Shown here: positions 1 through 7,796 of the stretch, one piece after another
How positions within the stretch are numbered: position 1 is the stretch's first letter
Layout of the letters: each line of letters opens with the position of its first letter
NCBI RefSeq assembly: GCF_006345805.1
Contig: NW_021826770.1
Coordinates: 1 to 11,919 of the forward strand
Direction: 5' to 3'
Origin: Octopus sinensis
Lineage: Eukaryota
Length of the DNA: 11,919 nt
Translations under genes and position numbers: made by a program
Notes under the pieces: generated by a model
Databases searched by the model: none
Seen by the model: the letters and a program-made list of their open reading frames with translations, nothing else
What the model was told of the DNA's origin: nothing

Positions 1-48
1 AACATAATCCATACGAAATCTAGACAAATCAAAATTAACATGTTGCTT

Positions 49-368
49 ATGGCTATCCATCAATGTTGACAACGACGTTGTCCTTTAGAAGTCTTATCTT
101 ACATTTTGTGAGTTGATAGATATGAAAACAGTCCGATCTTGGAATGGCATGTCTTTGAACGTAGATGACCAGGGAAGTTGTCCATTATCTTGTTGGTGAG
201 TCTGAGATGACACTGACGTATCTTTTCCTCAAGTTGTCACGTCGGATTAGTTCAAAGTGTGCAGCTCCTTCGTCACCGAAGGAAAACCGGGTTTGTCTGT
301 TTCAAGCAAAGTGTTCAAGTTATGCCGGTTGAATGCTGCAGGAGTGGAGGACAAACTTAAGATGGTAT
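49..368 (-). mobile_element. Decayed 3' end of an RTE-clade non-LTR retrotransposon (ORF2 C-terminus plus short 3' UTR)
   Basis: Manual minus-strand translation gives KYHLKFVLHSCSIQPA*LEHFA*NRQTRFSFGDEGAAHFELIRRDN, a frameshift near 230, then LEEKIRQCHLRLTNKIMDNFPGHLRSKTCHSKIGLFSYLSTHKM* (stop at 101-99). The end matches the CxxCxxxCxSRIGLxSHxRxH-type motif that ends RTE ORF2, and the upstream part resembles the LKxxLKxCxI...W...G...FE..R region. Two in-frame stops and a frameshift make it non-functional. Confidence 0.8.
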
Positions 369-531
369 TTCGTCTGTCTCTACGTTCTGAGTTCAAATTC
401 CACCGAGGCCAACTTTACCTTTCATCCTTTCGGGGTCGATTAATTAAGTACTAGTTGCGTACTGGGGTCGATCTAATCGATTGGCCCCTTCCCCCCAAAA
501 TTTCGGTCCTTATATCTAGAGTAGAAAAGAA
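364..531 (+). mobile_element. tRNA-derived SINE, family B, 5'-truncated
   Basis: B-box GAGTTCAAATTCC at 389-401. The 22-mer CTTTCATCCTTTCGGGGTCGAT (419-440) is identical at 10603-10624, and the alignment to 10545-10710 is colinear. Confidence 0.85.
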
Positions 532-980
532 TATCTTACAACTCCTGTATTACGTACTACGTTATATTACAAGCACACCCAGCTCACAAATATCTTTATG
601 TTTCATCTCCGTTGTGCGCCACACTCCGATGACACCATAGACACTGTACCCACCAGCCCATAACCATTCTTCATCAAAGATACAAACTTTTACAACCCAC
701 CCAACTAGTAAACATGATCTACAGAAGGTTAAATCACACACGAACAGCTCTGATTGGCTAAATCTAGACACATCAAGGATGTTGCTCATCCGCCTTTCAC
801 TAATTGAAAAAGCAAAGTAAGAAAGTAGGAAAAAAAAAAAAAAGAAATCAAGCAAAATAAACGTCCGTTTCGCCCCCTCCTCCCCACCAAAAATCAACCT
901 CAGATGTTAATATAGACATGCGCATGCGTGTGTGTGCGTTTGTGCGTGTGTGTGTAACAGAATGCAATATAATATATAAT

Positions 981-1148
981 TAGGCTTAGATGTGTGGTAA
1001 GAAGTTTGGTTTCCAACTATATAGTTCTGGGTTCAGTCCGTCTGTGTAGCATTTTGGGTGTCTTCTACTATAGCTCCGGGCCGACCAGAACCTTGTAAGT
1101 AGATTTGATAGACGGAAACTATAAGTTCGTCGCATATATATATATATA
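981..1148 (+). mobile_element. tRNA-derived CORE-like SINE, family A, 5' module followed by (TA)n
   Basis: Aligns to the reverse complement of 5816-5980 and 7399-7564 (tgtgtggtaag...gggttcagtcc...tgtcttctactatagc...gacggaaact). B-box-like GGTTCAGTCC at ~1030-1039. Confidence 0.85.
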
Positions 1149-1150
1149 CA

Positions 1151-1256
1151 TTGTGCAAGTGTCTTCTACTATAGCCTCAGGCCGACCAAATCCTTGTGAG
1201 TGGATTTCGTTGATGGAAACCGAAAGGAGCCAGTTGCATTATATATATATATATAT
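1151..1256 (+). mobile_element. SINE family A, second partial 5' module (CORE-like part only) plus (TA)n
   Basis: gcaagtgtcttctactatagcctcaggccgaccaaatccttgtgagtggattt is highly similar to the reverse complement of 5820-5900 and to 1059-1133. Confidence 0.85.
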
Positions 1257-1271
1257 TTTTTTTTTTTAATA

Positions 1272-1470
1272 TGTGACCTCGTGAGTATCGCTGGCGATTT
1301 TTTCCTCTGTCTTCCCTTCTCGGGATCTTTCCTTCTCCAATGTTTCCGACGAAGAACTCGAAACGTTAAACCCTCCTTCTTCCCTTCTTTCCTGTGCGTC
1401 CAATAATACTTTATTTGTTCCACGTCCTAGCGTTGTGTTTTTTTTTTGTGCTTTATTGTTTGGATTAACT
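1272..1470 (+). mobile_element. Probable Penelope-like element terminal fragment (pseudo-LTR end)
   Basis: Contains a minimal hammerhead-like core (1342-1371), then a pyrimidine/T-rich tail ending in (TA)n, the layout known for Penelope-like ends. It also resembles an octopus repeat as I recall it (unverified). No ORF. Confidence 0.5.
1342..1371 (+). ncRNA. Degenerate minimal type I hammerhead ribozyme motif
   Basis: GTTT [stem I] CCGACGA [CUGANGA with U4C] A GA-AC-TC [collapsed stem II] GAAAC GTT [core, loopless stem III, GUH site] AAAC [stem I partner]. Confidence 0.5.
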
Positions 1471-1578
1471 ATATATATATATATATATATATTATTCAAA
1501 GGAATTCCAACTCTGTCTGTTTTTTATGTTTTATTCATATTCTTTATAATATTAATGTAGAATGTAGAATATGTATAA

Positions 1579-1618
<40 letters not shown>

Positions 1619-1752
1619 AAATGAAATGAAGTATTGATTGTCTTATTGAATAGATGAAATATTGAATTTCAAATATTAAGGGACTAGTATACTTTCTTGC
1701 TCTTTAGCAATCTTCAAGGTCCCAGTTTGTAACAGGAAGGGTTCAATGTTTC

Positions 1753-1788
<36 letters not shown>

Positions 1789-1836
1789 GTATGTTTGTTT
1801 GTATGTATGTATGTATGTATATGTATATGTATGTAT
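1470..1836. repeat. (TA)n tracts at 1470-1493, 1583-1615 and 1756-1783, and (TGTA)n to 1836
   Basis: Directly visible. Confidence 0.95.
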
Positions 1837-2023
1837 TTGTGTGTCTGTGATTGTCCCCTCAACATCGCTTCATAACTGATATTGGTGTGTTTACGTCCCC
1901 ATAACTTAGCGGTTTGGCAAAAGTTACCGATAAAATAAGTGCTAGGCTTACAAAGAATAACTCCTGGAATCGATTTGTTCAACTAAAGGCCGTGCTCTGA
2001 AGCAAGTAAAAGAATAAAAGAAT
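1837..2023 (+). mobile_element. SINE family A, 3' module (with internal deletion)
   Basis: Aligns to the reverse complement of 5471-5680 (gtgtctgtg..gtccc..catcgctt..cttagcggtt.ggcaaaag..aataagt.ctaggcttacaaagaata..aagtaaaagaataaaag). It lacks the cagcatggccgcagtcaaatgac segment present in the 5471 copy. Confidence 0.85.
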
Positions 2024-2036
2024 ATATATATATATC

Positions 2037-2150
2037 ACCACCATCATCCTCATCATCCTCATCTCCTCCTCCTCATCATCATCCTCATCATCACTATCAT
2101 CATCGTCGTTTAATGTCTCTCTTTTCATGCTGGCATGGGTTGAACATTTT
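2037..2150 (-). mobile_element. Possible 3' end of a non-LTR retroelement or SINE with a (GAT)n tail
   Basis: On the minus strand, ...ttcaacccatgccagcatgaaaagagagacattaaacgacgatgatg runs directly into an imperfect (GAT/GAG)n tract. It resembles a common octopus retroelement tail from memory only. Confidence 0.45.
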
Positions 2151-2171
2151 GATAGGACCCGCTAAGCCACT

Positions 2172-2268
2172 GATAGATAGGTAGATAGATACATAGGTAG
2201 AGATATGTATGCTCACGAACCGTGCACGCACATGTGTGATTGTGATTGTGTGTGTGTGTGTGAGTGCA

Positions 2269-2299
<31 letters not shown>

Positions 2300-2312
2300 A
2301 TGTGCCTGTGCG
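2172..2312. repeat. (GATA)n and (TG)n microsatellites
   Basis: Directly visible, imperfect. Confidence 0.9.
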
Positions 2313-2670
2313 CGGGCGTCTAAGTGCAGGCGGGTTTTGTGTTCCATACAGTATTTTTCATTTTATTTTGTCGCAGGAAACAGACTGACAGAACGTTGAA
2401 GAAAGCTAAGAAAATACGTGACGATAATACGATCACTAGTTGTCATGACGATGTAATAAGCTTGGTATGTAAAATACCAGATGTCCACTTAAGATCATCC
2501 CTTGGCTCTCAATAAGGCAGACGTTTGATACCCGAAGCCCAGTCTTACGATCTACCGGAAGCGCTAAGGTCAAAGTATGACTTACATCCATTCCAAATAA
2601 GACTTAAAGACAAGAGGTTCTCTTTGTGTGTATTCGATACATATACATAGATAAATGCATACGTGCATTC

Positions 2671-2672
2671 TA

Positions 2673-2716
<44 letters not shown>

Positions 2717-2881
2717 ATATACATACATAATACATAATAGATATATACATACATACATATAGTTACACACTCACATACACGCACACATGCATAATGTGCA
2801 ACCTTTACAAACAAATCCGGGTAACTAATTACAAAACATGCCCATTTACATATATAGAAATATGTGTGCGTGTGCATATAC

Positions 2882-2918
<37 letters not shown>

Positions 2919-3240
2919 ATAACAAAATAATATATAAACATATGCATATATACATACATATATGTACATACCTACATCTATATGTATATATACATATATA
3001 TATATACAAAAAAAAACGTTGAACACAATGAGAAACGAAAACCTAAAAGCAAAAACATGGAAACGGACTTTTTTTTTCAAACAACGAAAAAACAGAATAC
3101 AAGACATACAACACAAGGAATATTCCCCTTATTTTGTTGTCCCTGTATGTGTGTATGTATATATATGTGTGTATGTATATATACATACATATATAAGTGT
3201 GTATGTATGTATACACACACACACATACACACACATGTAT
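2671..3240. repeat. Cluster of (TA)n/(TACA)n/(CA)n/(TG)n microsatellites at 2671-2790, 2860-3006 and 3147-3240
   Basis: Directly visible. Confidence 0.9.
3008..3146 (-). mobile_element. Interspersed repeat fragment, possibly a Penelope-like terminus
   Basis: On the minus strand, a T-rich tail (ttccttgtgttgtatgtcttgtattctgttttttcgttg...) ends in (TA)n and is flanked by microsatellites on both sides. The layout is like 1370-1470; the family assignment is from memory. Confidence 0.3.
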
Positions 3241-3487
3241 GAAAGCCGCTTTGCATAGAAGAATAGGACAAAAGTAAACAGGTCGATAGGCAGACAGATA
3301 AATACGTAGATATAGTTAGATTAATAGTCGAGCATTTGCTAAAAGAAGAAGCTCTCTTTATTAACTATTGGTTGGTATCGGTGATCGTGATGAGAATAAC
3401 GTCGGTGATTAGCTAGACATCGACTGATTCGTACATCATTATCATTAGCAAAATACCAGCTTATACTTGTTTCACATTTTGACTATG

Positions 3488-3607
3488 TAGCCTAGAACCT
3501 AGAATTCGACTCCCAATCAAAAGGTCTAATGTTCAAATGCTGGGGTGGATTGTGTGTTGTCTTTGAGCAAAGCACTTCATTTCCCGTTGTCCAGTTTATT
3601 CAGCTGG
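3488..3607 (+). mobile_element. tRNA-derived CORE-like SINE, family C, degenerate 5' part
   Basis: A-box-like TAGCCTAGA, anticodon-arm-like ttcga-ctcccaa-tcaaa, B-box-like GTTCAAAT, then CORE-like tgtctttgagcaaagcacttcatttc. About 72% (36/50, hand alignment) to the reverse complement of ~3962-4011. Confidence 0.65.
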
Positions 3608-3874
3608 GTGTTGGTGCTGCTCTCTTTTTCTCCAGATGACAAATGATGGATGAGTCGCTGCGATCAAGGATAAGAAGAGCTGAGGAAGTGTATATGTTTA
3701 ATCACTAAGCATCTAAATCGATTAATGAAAGCAGAGTACATGTTAGCAAGCTCTACTAGCTCGCGAGTGACGGCTGACTAGATATATTTTGATCCACAGG
3801 TATTTAAAAACCAGCACGTACTGAAAAGTAGTAATTTTTCTTGGACTTTGCGTAGTAGTATTCATACGACCGAT

Positions 3875-4040
3875 TATCCCGGTTTCCATAGCAACAAAAG
3901 TGACTAAGATCATAGCATTGCCCTTGAACAAGATTCCAGTCCGTTGAGGGTTACTCCTTTACAGCTAAGTGGAATGGATCAACGTAAAGTGAAGGGTTTT
4001 GTTCAAGAACACGCGTTGTACCCAGAATTCGACTCGCAAG
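3875..4040 (-). mobile_element. SINE family C, degenerate copy
   Basis: The reverse complement reads ..gagtcgaattct (B-box-like)..gtgttcttgaacaaaacccttcactttacgttgatccattccacttagctgta, matching 3548-3606. The extent below ~3955 is from recalled consensus only. Confidence 0.65.
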
Positions 4041-4239
4041 TACCCAAAGTACCCAAAGTACCTAGCATCGAATTAGAGGTAATATTAAGGTGCATTGAGG
4101 AGTCTGTATCTCATACAAAAAAAGAAGACAAGATGGTCACGGTTGGAGATCCTTAGAGTATCGACAGATCTATTCATTCTAGGGTTAAACAATTACAACA
4201 TATACATCAATTCACGCCACCCCACCTCACCACAGTGTC

Positions 4240-4371
4240 TAGGACATTTACCCCTGTCCCATAGACAATAATCCCTTAAGGACAATTACTCCTGAGGAGA
4301 AAAACTTCTTAATATATTAGAGATGGGTAATTAACCAAGGGGGGAGGAATTGTCCTAGGGGTGTTGTCCTA
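4240..4371. repeat. Inverted array of ~13-nt GGACAATTACYCC-like units (foldback/MITE-like)
   Basis: Forward units at 4242-4254, 4263-4275 and 4280-4292. Reverse units at 4324-4336, 4343-4355 (12/13 to the reverse complement of 4280-4292) and 4358-4369. Confidence 0.65.
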
Positions 4372-4397
4372 TGGGAGGTAACTGGGCTCATACGCCA

Positions 4398-4501
4398 CAA
4401 CCACCACCACCACCACCACCACCAACACTACTACCACCACCACTACCATCAACACCACCACCACCACCAGATTTACTGTACTACTTGCTGCTGGTGCTGC
4501 A

Positions 4502-4554
<53 letters not shown>
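4398..4554. repeat. Compound (CCA)n-(CTA)n trinucleotide microsatellite
   Basis: Directly visible. Confidence 0.95.
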
Positions 4555-4704
4555 ATCTTGTTGATGTCTCCGCCACCCACCCCATCGGCAGTCCTCATCA
4601 CTAGTGTTAATGTCACAATGATTAGTGTAGTTTTGTAGTAAAACAACACCAGCCGCCTTCTCATCTGACAGTAATGAAGTTATGCCGTTGCTTTGATTGT
4701 CATC

Positions 4705-5038
4705 ATGTCTGACCGTCTGTCTGCCTGTCAGTGACTCCTCATATTAGTGCGTCTGCTTGTTTTCTGCCCACATATATCTCTCTACCTCTACGTAGGTTTG
4801 CTTGTCTGTCTAATTCTTTGTCTTTCTGCCTGTCTGTCACTTGTCTATTTGTCTGTCTATCTATCAATCTATCTCTTTTTTTAAAAATTTATTTATCCTC
4901 CCCCTCTTTTTGTCCTTTTCTTTCCATTTACGATCCCTTTTGATCGAAAACCAAACCCCCTTCTTTTACCCCAAAAGAAAAGCTCACCTTGTAATTTTGT
5001 CCTGTCTGTGTGCAGCCCTGTGTGGCTAATAAGAAACA

Positions 5039-5090
<52 letters not shown>

Positions 5091-5139
5091 ATCTATCTAT
5101 TCTATCTATACTGTATATACTATCTGTCTATCTATCTAT
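4705..5139. repeat. Degenerate (TGTC)n/(TCTA)n at 4705-4875 and (TCTA)n at 5039-5139
   Basis: Directly visible; perfect TCTA run at 5041-5090. Confidence 0.9.
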
Positions 5140-5160
5140 GGATATGTAAGTATACATATA

Positions 5161-5202
5161 TCTCATTTGTTTTAATCATTGAACTGCGGCCATATTGCGG
5201 CA
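5161..5202 (-). mobile_element. SINE family A 3'-terminal fragment
   Basis: tctcatttgttttaatcattgaactgcggccatattg aligns with 5478-5517 tttttacttgtttcagtcatttgactgcggccatgctg. Confidence 0.6.
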
Positions 5203-5470
5203 TATACGAGGAGATGCTGGGTAAAAGAAAATATCGGGGAATCAGTTAATTATAATTTAATTCAAAATATTTCCCTTCTCAGATTCACACACATATTGCC
5301 GCGATCCCTCAGTTTTTCTAAGCCCTGTAAAAGAACTCGGAAGGTTGGGCTTCCCACCAGGCCTATCGCCAGGAACCTTTCAGCACCCCTTCCTTCATAC
5401 ATATGAAAGTTTGTGATCGTGTACGCACGCACGTATTTGACAATCGGCCATTTTAAGCAAATTGATATAC

Positions 5471-5733
5471 TCTTTATTCTTTTTACTTGTTTCAGTCATT
5501 TGACTGCGGCCATGCTGGAGCACCGCCTTTAATCGAGCAACTCGACCCCGGGACTTATTCTTTTGTAAGCCAAGTAGTACTTATTCTATCTGTCTCTTTT
5601 GCCGAACCGCTAAGTAACGGGGACATAAACAACAGCATCGGTTGTCAAGCAATGCTAGGGGGACAAAACACAGACACAAAACACACACACATACATACAT
5701 ATATATATATATAGATATATATATATATATATA

Positions 5734-5813
<80 letters not shown>

Positions 5814-5980
5814 TACGACGGGCTTCTTTCAGTTTCCGTCTACAAAATCCACTCACAAGGCTTGGTCGGCCCGAGGCTATAGTAGAAGACACTTGCCCAA
5901 GATGCCACGCAGTGGAGACTGAACCCGGAACCATGTGGTTGGTAAACAAGCTACTTACCACACAGCCACTCCTGCGCCTA
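5471..5980 (-). mobile_element. Full-length SINE family A: tRNA head + CORE-like domain + internal (TA)n/(TG)n + 3' module
   Basis: The minus strand reads taggcgcaggagTGGCTGTGTGG (A box)...GGTTCAGTCTCC (B box)...cttgggcaagtgtcttc (CORE-like), then the microsatellite at 5815-5678, then the 3' module ending gaaacaagtaaaaagaataaagag. Both modules have other copies in the window. Confidence 0.9.
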
Positions 5981-6031
5981 CATTTTAATTTTACTTTCAA
6001 AAATCCTCTGATTTCTCTTTCTGTCCTCATT

Positions 6032-6078
6032 GTTCGTTCGTTCGTTCTTTCGTTCGTTCGTTCGTTCGTTCGTTCGTT
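6032..6078. repeat. (TTCG)n microsatellite
   Basis: Directly visible. Confidence 0.95.
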
Positions 6079-6261
6079 CCTTCTTTTCACATTTCTTTTC
6101 CGTTGTTTCCCACCTTATCCATCCCCCATTGACTTCCTCTGTTATTGCTCTTTTCTCTACACCTTCTTTATTGAACTTTTTACTTCAATAAATGTTGTTT
6201 CAATTTTTCGTATCCATGAAATGGATTTAATTGACTAGAAATGTGGAAGAATACGAAAGAA

Positions 6262-6865
6262 GATTGGAATAGAACAGAACAGAATGGAATAGAATAGAAT
6301 AGAATAGAATAGAATAGAGATATCAATCATTTGGTGTTTAAGTTAAATGTGAATTTGGATCTCTGGCTTAGAATAATCTATAGAATATAACAGAAATAAT
6401 TATAAATGATATGAGATTGGACAATGCACAATAAGTAAATATTATATAATAAAGTAAACCAGAATAGAATAGGATGAAATGGAATAGAAATATATTAGGA
6501 TGAAATGAAGTAGAAAGACATAACAGAGCAGAATAAGTGGAATAGAATACAGGATAACATAACAGAATAAGTAGAGAAGAATATAAAATAAATAACGAAC
6601 AAAAGTATAGAAGAAAAATAAATGTAATAAAATAGAATAGATTAGAATCGAAGAGTTTAGAATGAATGAGAATAAAATAGAAACGATTAAGGAAAAAGAT
6701 CGTGGAAGAATAGAACAGAACAAAATGGAGAATAGACAAGAATACATTCGAACAAAACTGAATAAAACATAATGGATCAAGGGAGAATATAGTATAATGG
6801 AATGTAAATATAAGAGAATGGAAAGAATAGGAATGAATAATTGCTCAAACTAAATAAAACAATGA
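6262..6865. repeat. (GAATA)n pentanucleotide repeat: perfect at ~6284-6316, long degenerate tract at ~6370-6865
   Basis: Recurrent GAATA/AATAG units and a strongly purine-rich plus strand. Confidence 0.85.
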
Positions 6866-7084
6866 AATAAATGTCATTGGAAGATTACATTAGATGTCTT
6901 GCCATGCAAAAACGATAACTCATACACGCAAAATTGATTTCCTACTCACAATAAACTATTTTTTTTTGTTGCCTTTTTTTTTTAAGGATACGATTGCAAT
7001 GTAGCATTCATTGACTTATTTTTACTAGTTTCAATCAGTGCACTGAAGCTAAACTGAATATATTTTTAATTAATTATTTCATTC

Positions 7085-7234
7085 TGGTTTGACAGAATCG
7101 TTGTGTCAGACAAAAAAATATCTTACGGAATTTAGTTATCTCCTTTTGTATATTCTGAATTCAAGTCTCACCCTGGTTAGTTTTGTCTTTTAGCCTTCTG
7201 GGATCGATAAAATAAAGCATCAGCCGAATACTGG
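7085..7234 (+). mobile_element. SINE family B, old diverged copy
   Basis: cagaatcg...ttctgaattcaagtc...gccttctgggatcgataaaataa...tactgg is colinear with 383-467 and 10043-10178. Confidence 0.65.
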
Positions 7235-7398
7235 CAAGAGCCTAATGTTACCTTTAAGCTATTCTAGATGCGAATGGAATTATAACAGAAGACTGACATC
7301 TCAGTACATACCGCCATTTTAAGGCAATTAATAATGAACTTCATCTTTGTAATTAACACAACACACACACATATACTCACATACACACACGCACACAA

Positions 7399-7562
7399 AC
7401 GACAGGCTTCTTCCAGTTTCCGTTTTTCAAATCCACTCACAGCACATTGGTCAGCCCGAGGCTATAGTAGAAAGCACTTGCCCAAGGTGCCACGCAGTGG
7501 GACCGAAGCCGGAACCTTGTGGTTGGGAGCAAACCTCTTACCACAGAGCCACACCTGCGCCT

Positions 7563-7564
<2 letters not shown>
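7399..7564 (-). mobile_element. SINE family A 5' module (3' module absent)
   Basis: High similarity to 5816-5980. Flanked by (CA)n at 7355-7398 and (ATAG)17. Confidence 0.9.

Positions 7565-7632
<68 letters not shown>
7563..7632. repeat. (ATAG)17 perfect microsatellite
   Basis: Directly visible. Confidence 0.98.
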
Positions 7633-7633
<1 letters not shown>

Positions 7634-7796
7634 TTCGATAATCACGTTTTAATACAATTAGCTATGACTCACAGGCTGTTCAACAACAGCGGCTTTGCAC
7701 TTGGTAGATGAAAAGAAGTTAGCGGAAATAAGTGTCAAGCTAGCAACTACTGAAAATTTCAAACCCGGCATAAGCACATGATAATCACAATGTTAT

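Noticed and set aside
257-640. ORFs 257..454 and 455..640 (+)
   Set aside because: They run antisense through the RTE relic and through SINE B, use non-ATG starts and show no protein motif.
562-897. 111-aa minus-strand ORF as a continuation of the RTE ORF2
   Set aside because: No RTE-like motif in the frames I read, and it includes a poly-F stretch from an A-run.
2674-3271. Overlapping YI/CV/HT-rich ORFs
   Set aside because: Translations of (TA)n/(TG)n/(CA)n repeats.
3488-3545. Possible tRNA-Gly(CCC) gene
   Set aside because: No acceptor stem or intact T arm, and it continues into a CORE-like domain, so it is a SINE head.
3613-3700. Strong acceptor ctctctttttctccAG at 3635
   Set aside because: All three frames stop within 6 codons and there is no good donor, so it cannot be supported as an exon.
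3498-4039. 17/19 direct repeat cc(t/c)agaattcgactc(c/g)caa at 3498-3516 and 4021-4039
   Set aside because: Explained by near-palindromic tRNA-derived segments of two opposite-strand family C SINEs (anticodon arm versus reversed B box). Not CRISPR-like and not a TSD.
3944-4156. 70-aa ORF with VPKVPKVP
   Set aside because: The first half is antisense SINE C, and the repeat is a 9-nt slippage duplication (gtacccaaa, 4040-4062).
4371-4604. Poly-Pro/poly-Leu ORF resembling a signal or membrane peptide
   Set aside because: A direct translation of the (CCA)n(CTA)n microsatellite.
5581-6780. ORFs 5581..6090, 5912..6238, 6368..6739 and 6442..6780
   Set aside because: Composed of SINE A, (TTCG)n, (TA)n and (TATTC)n-derived sequence. 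The hydrophobic look is a compositional artefact.
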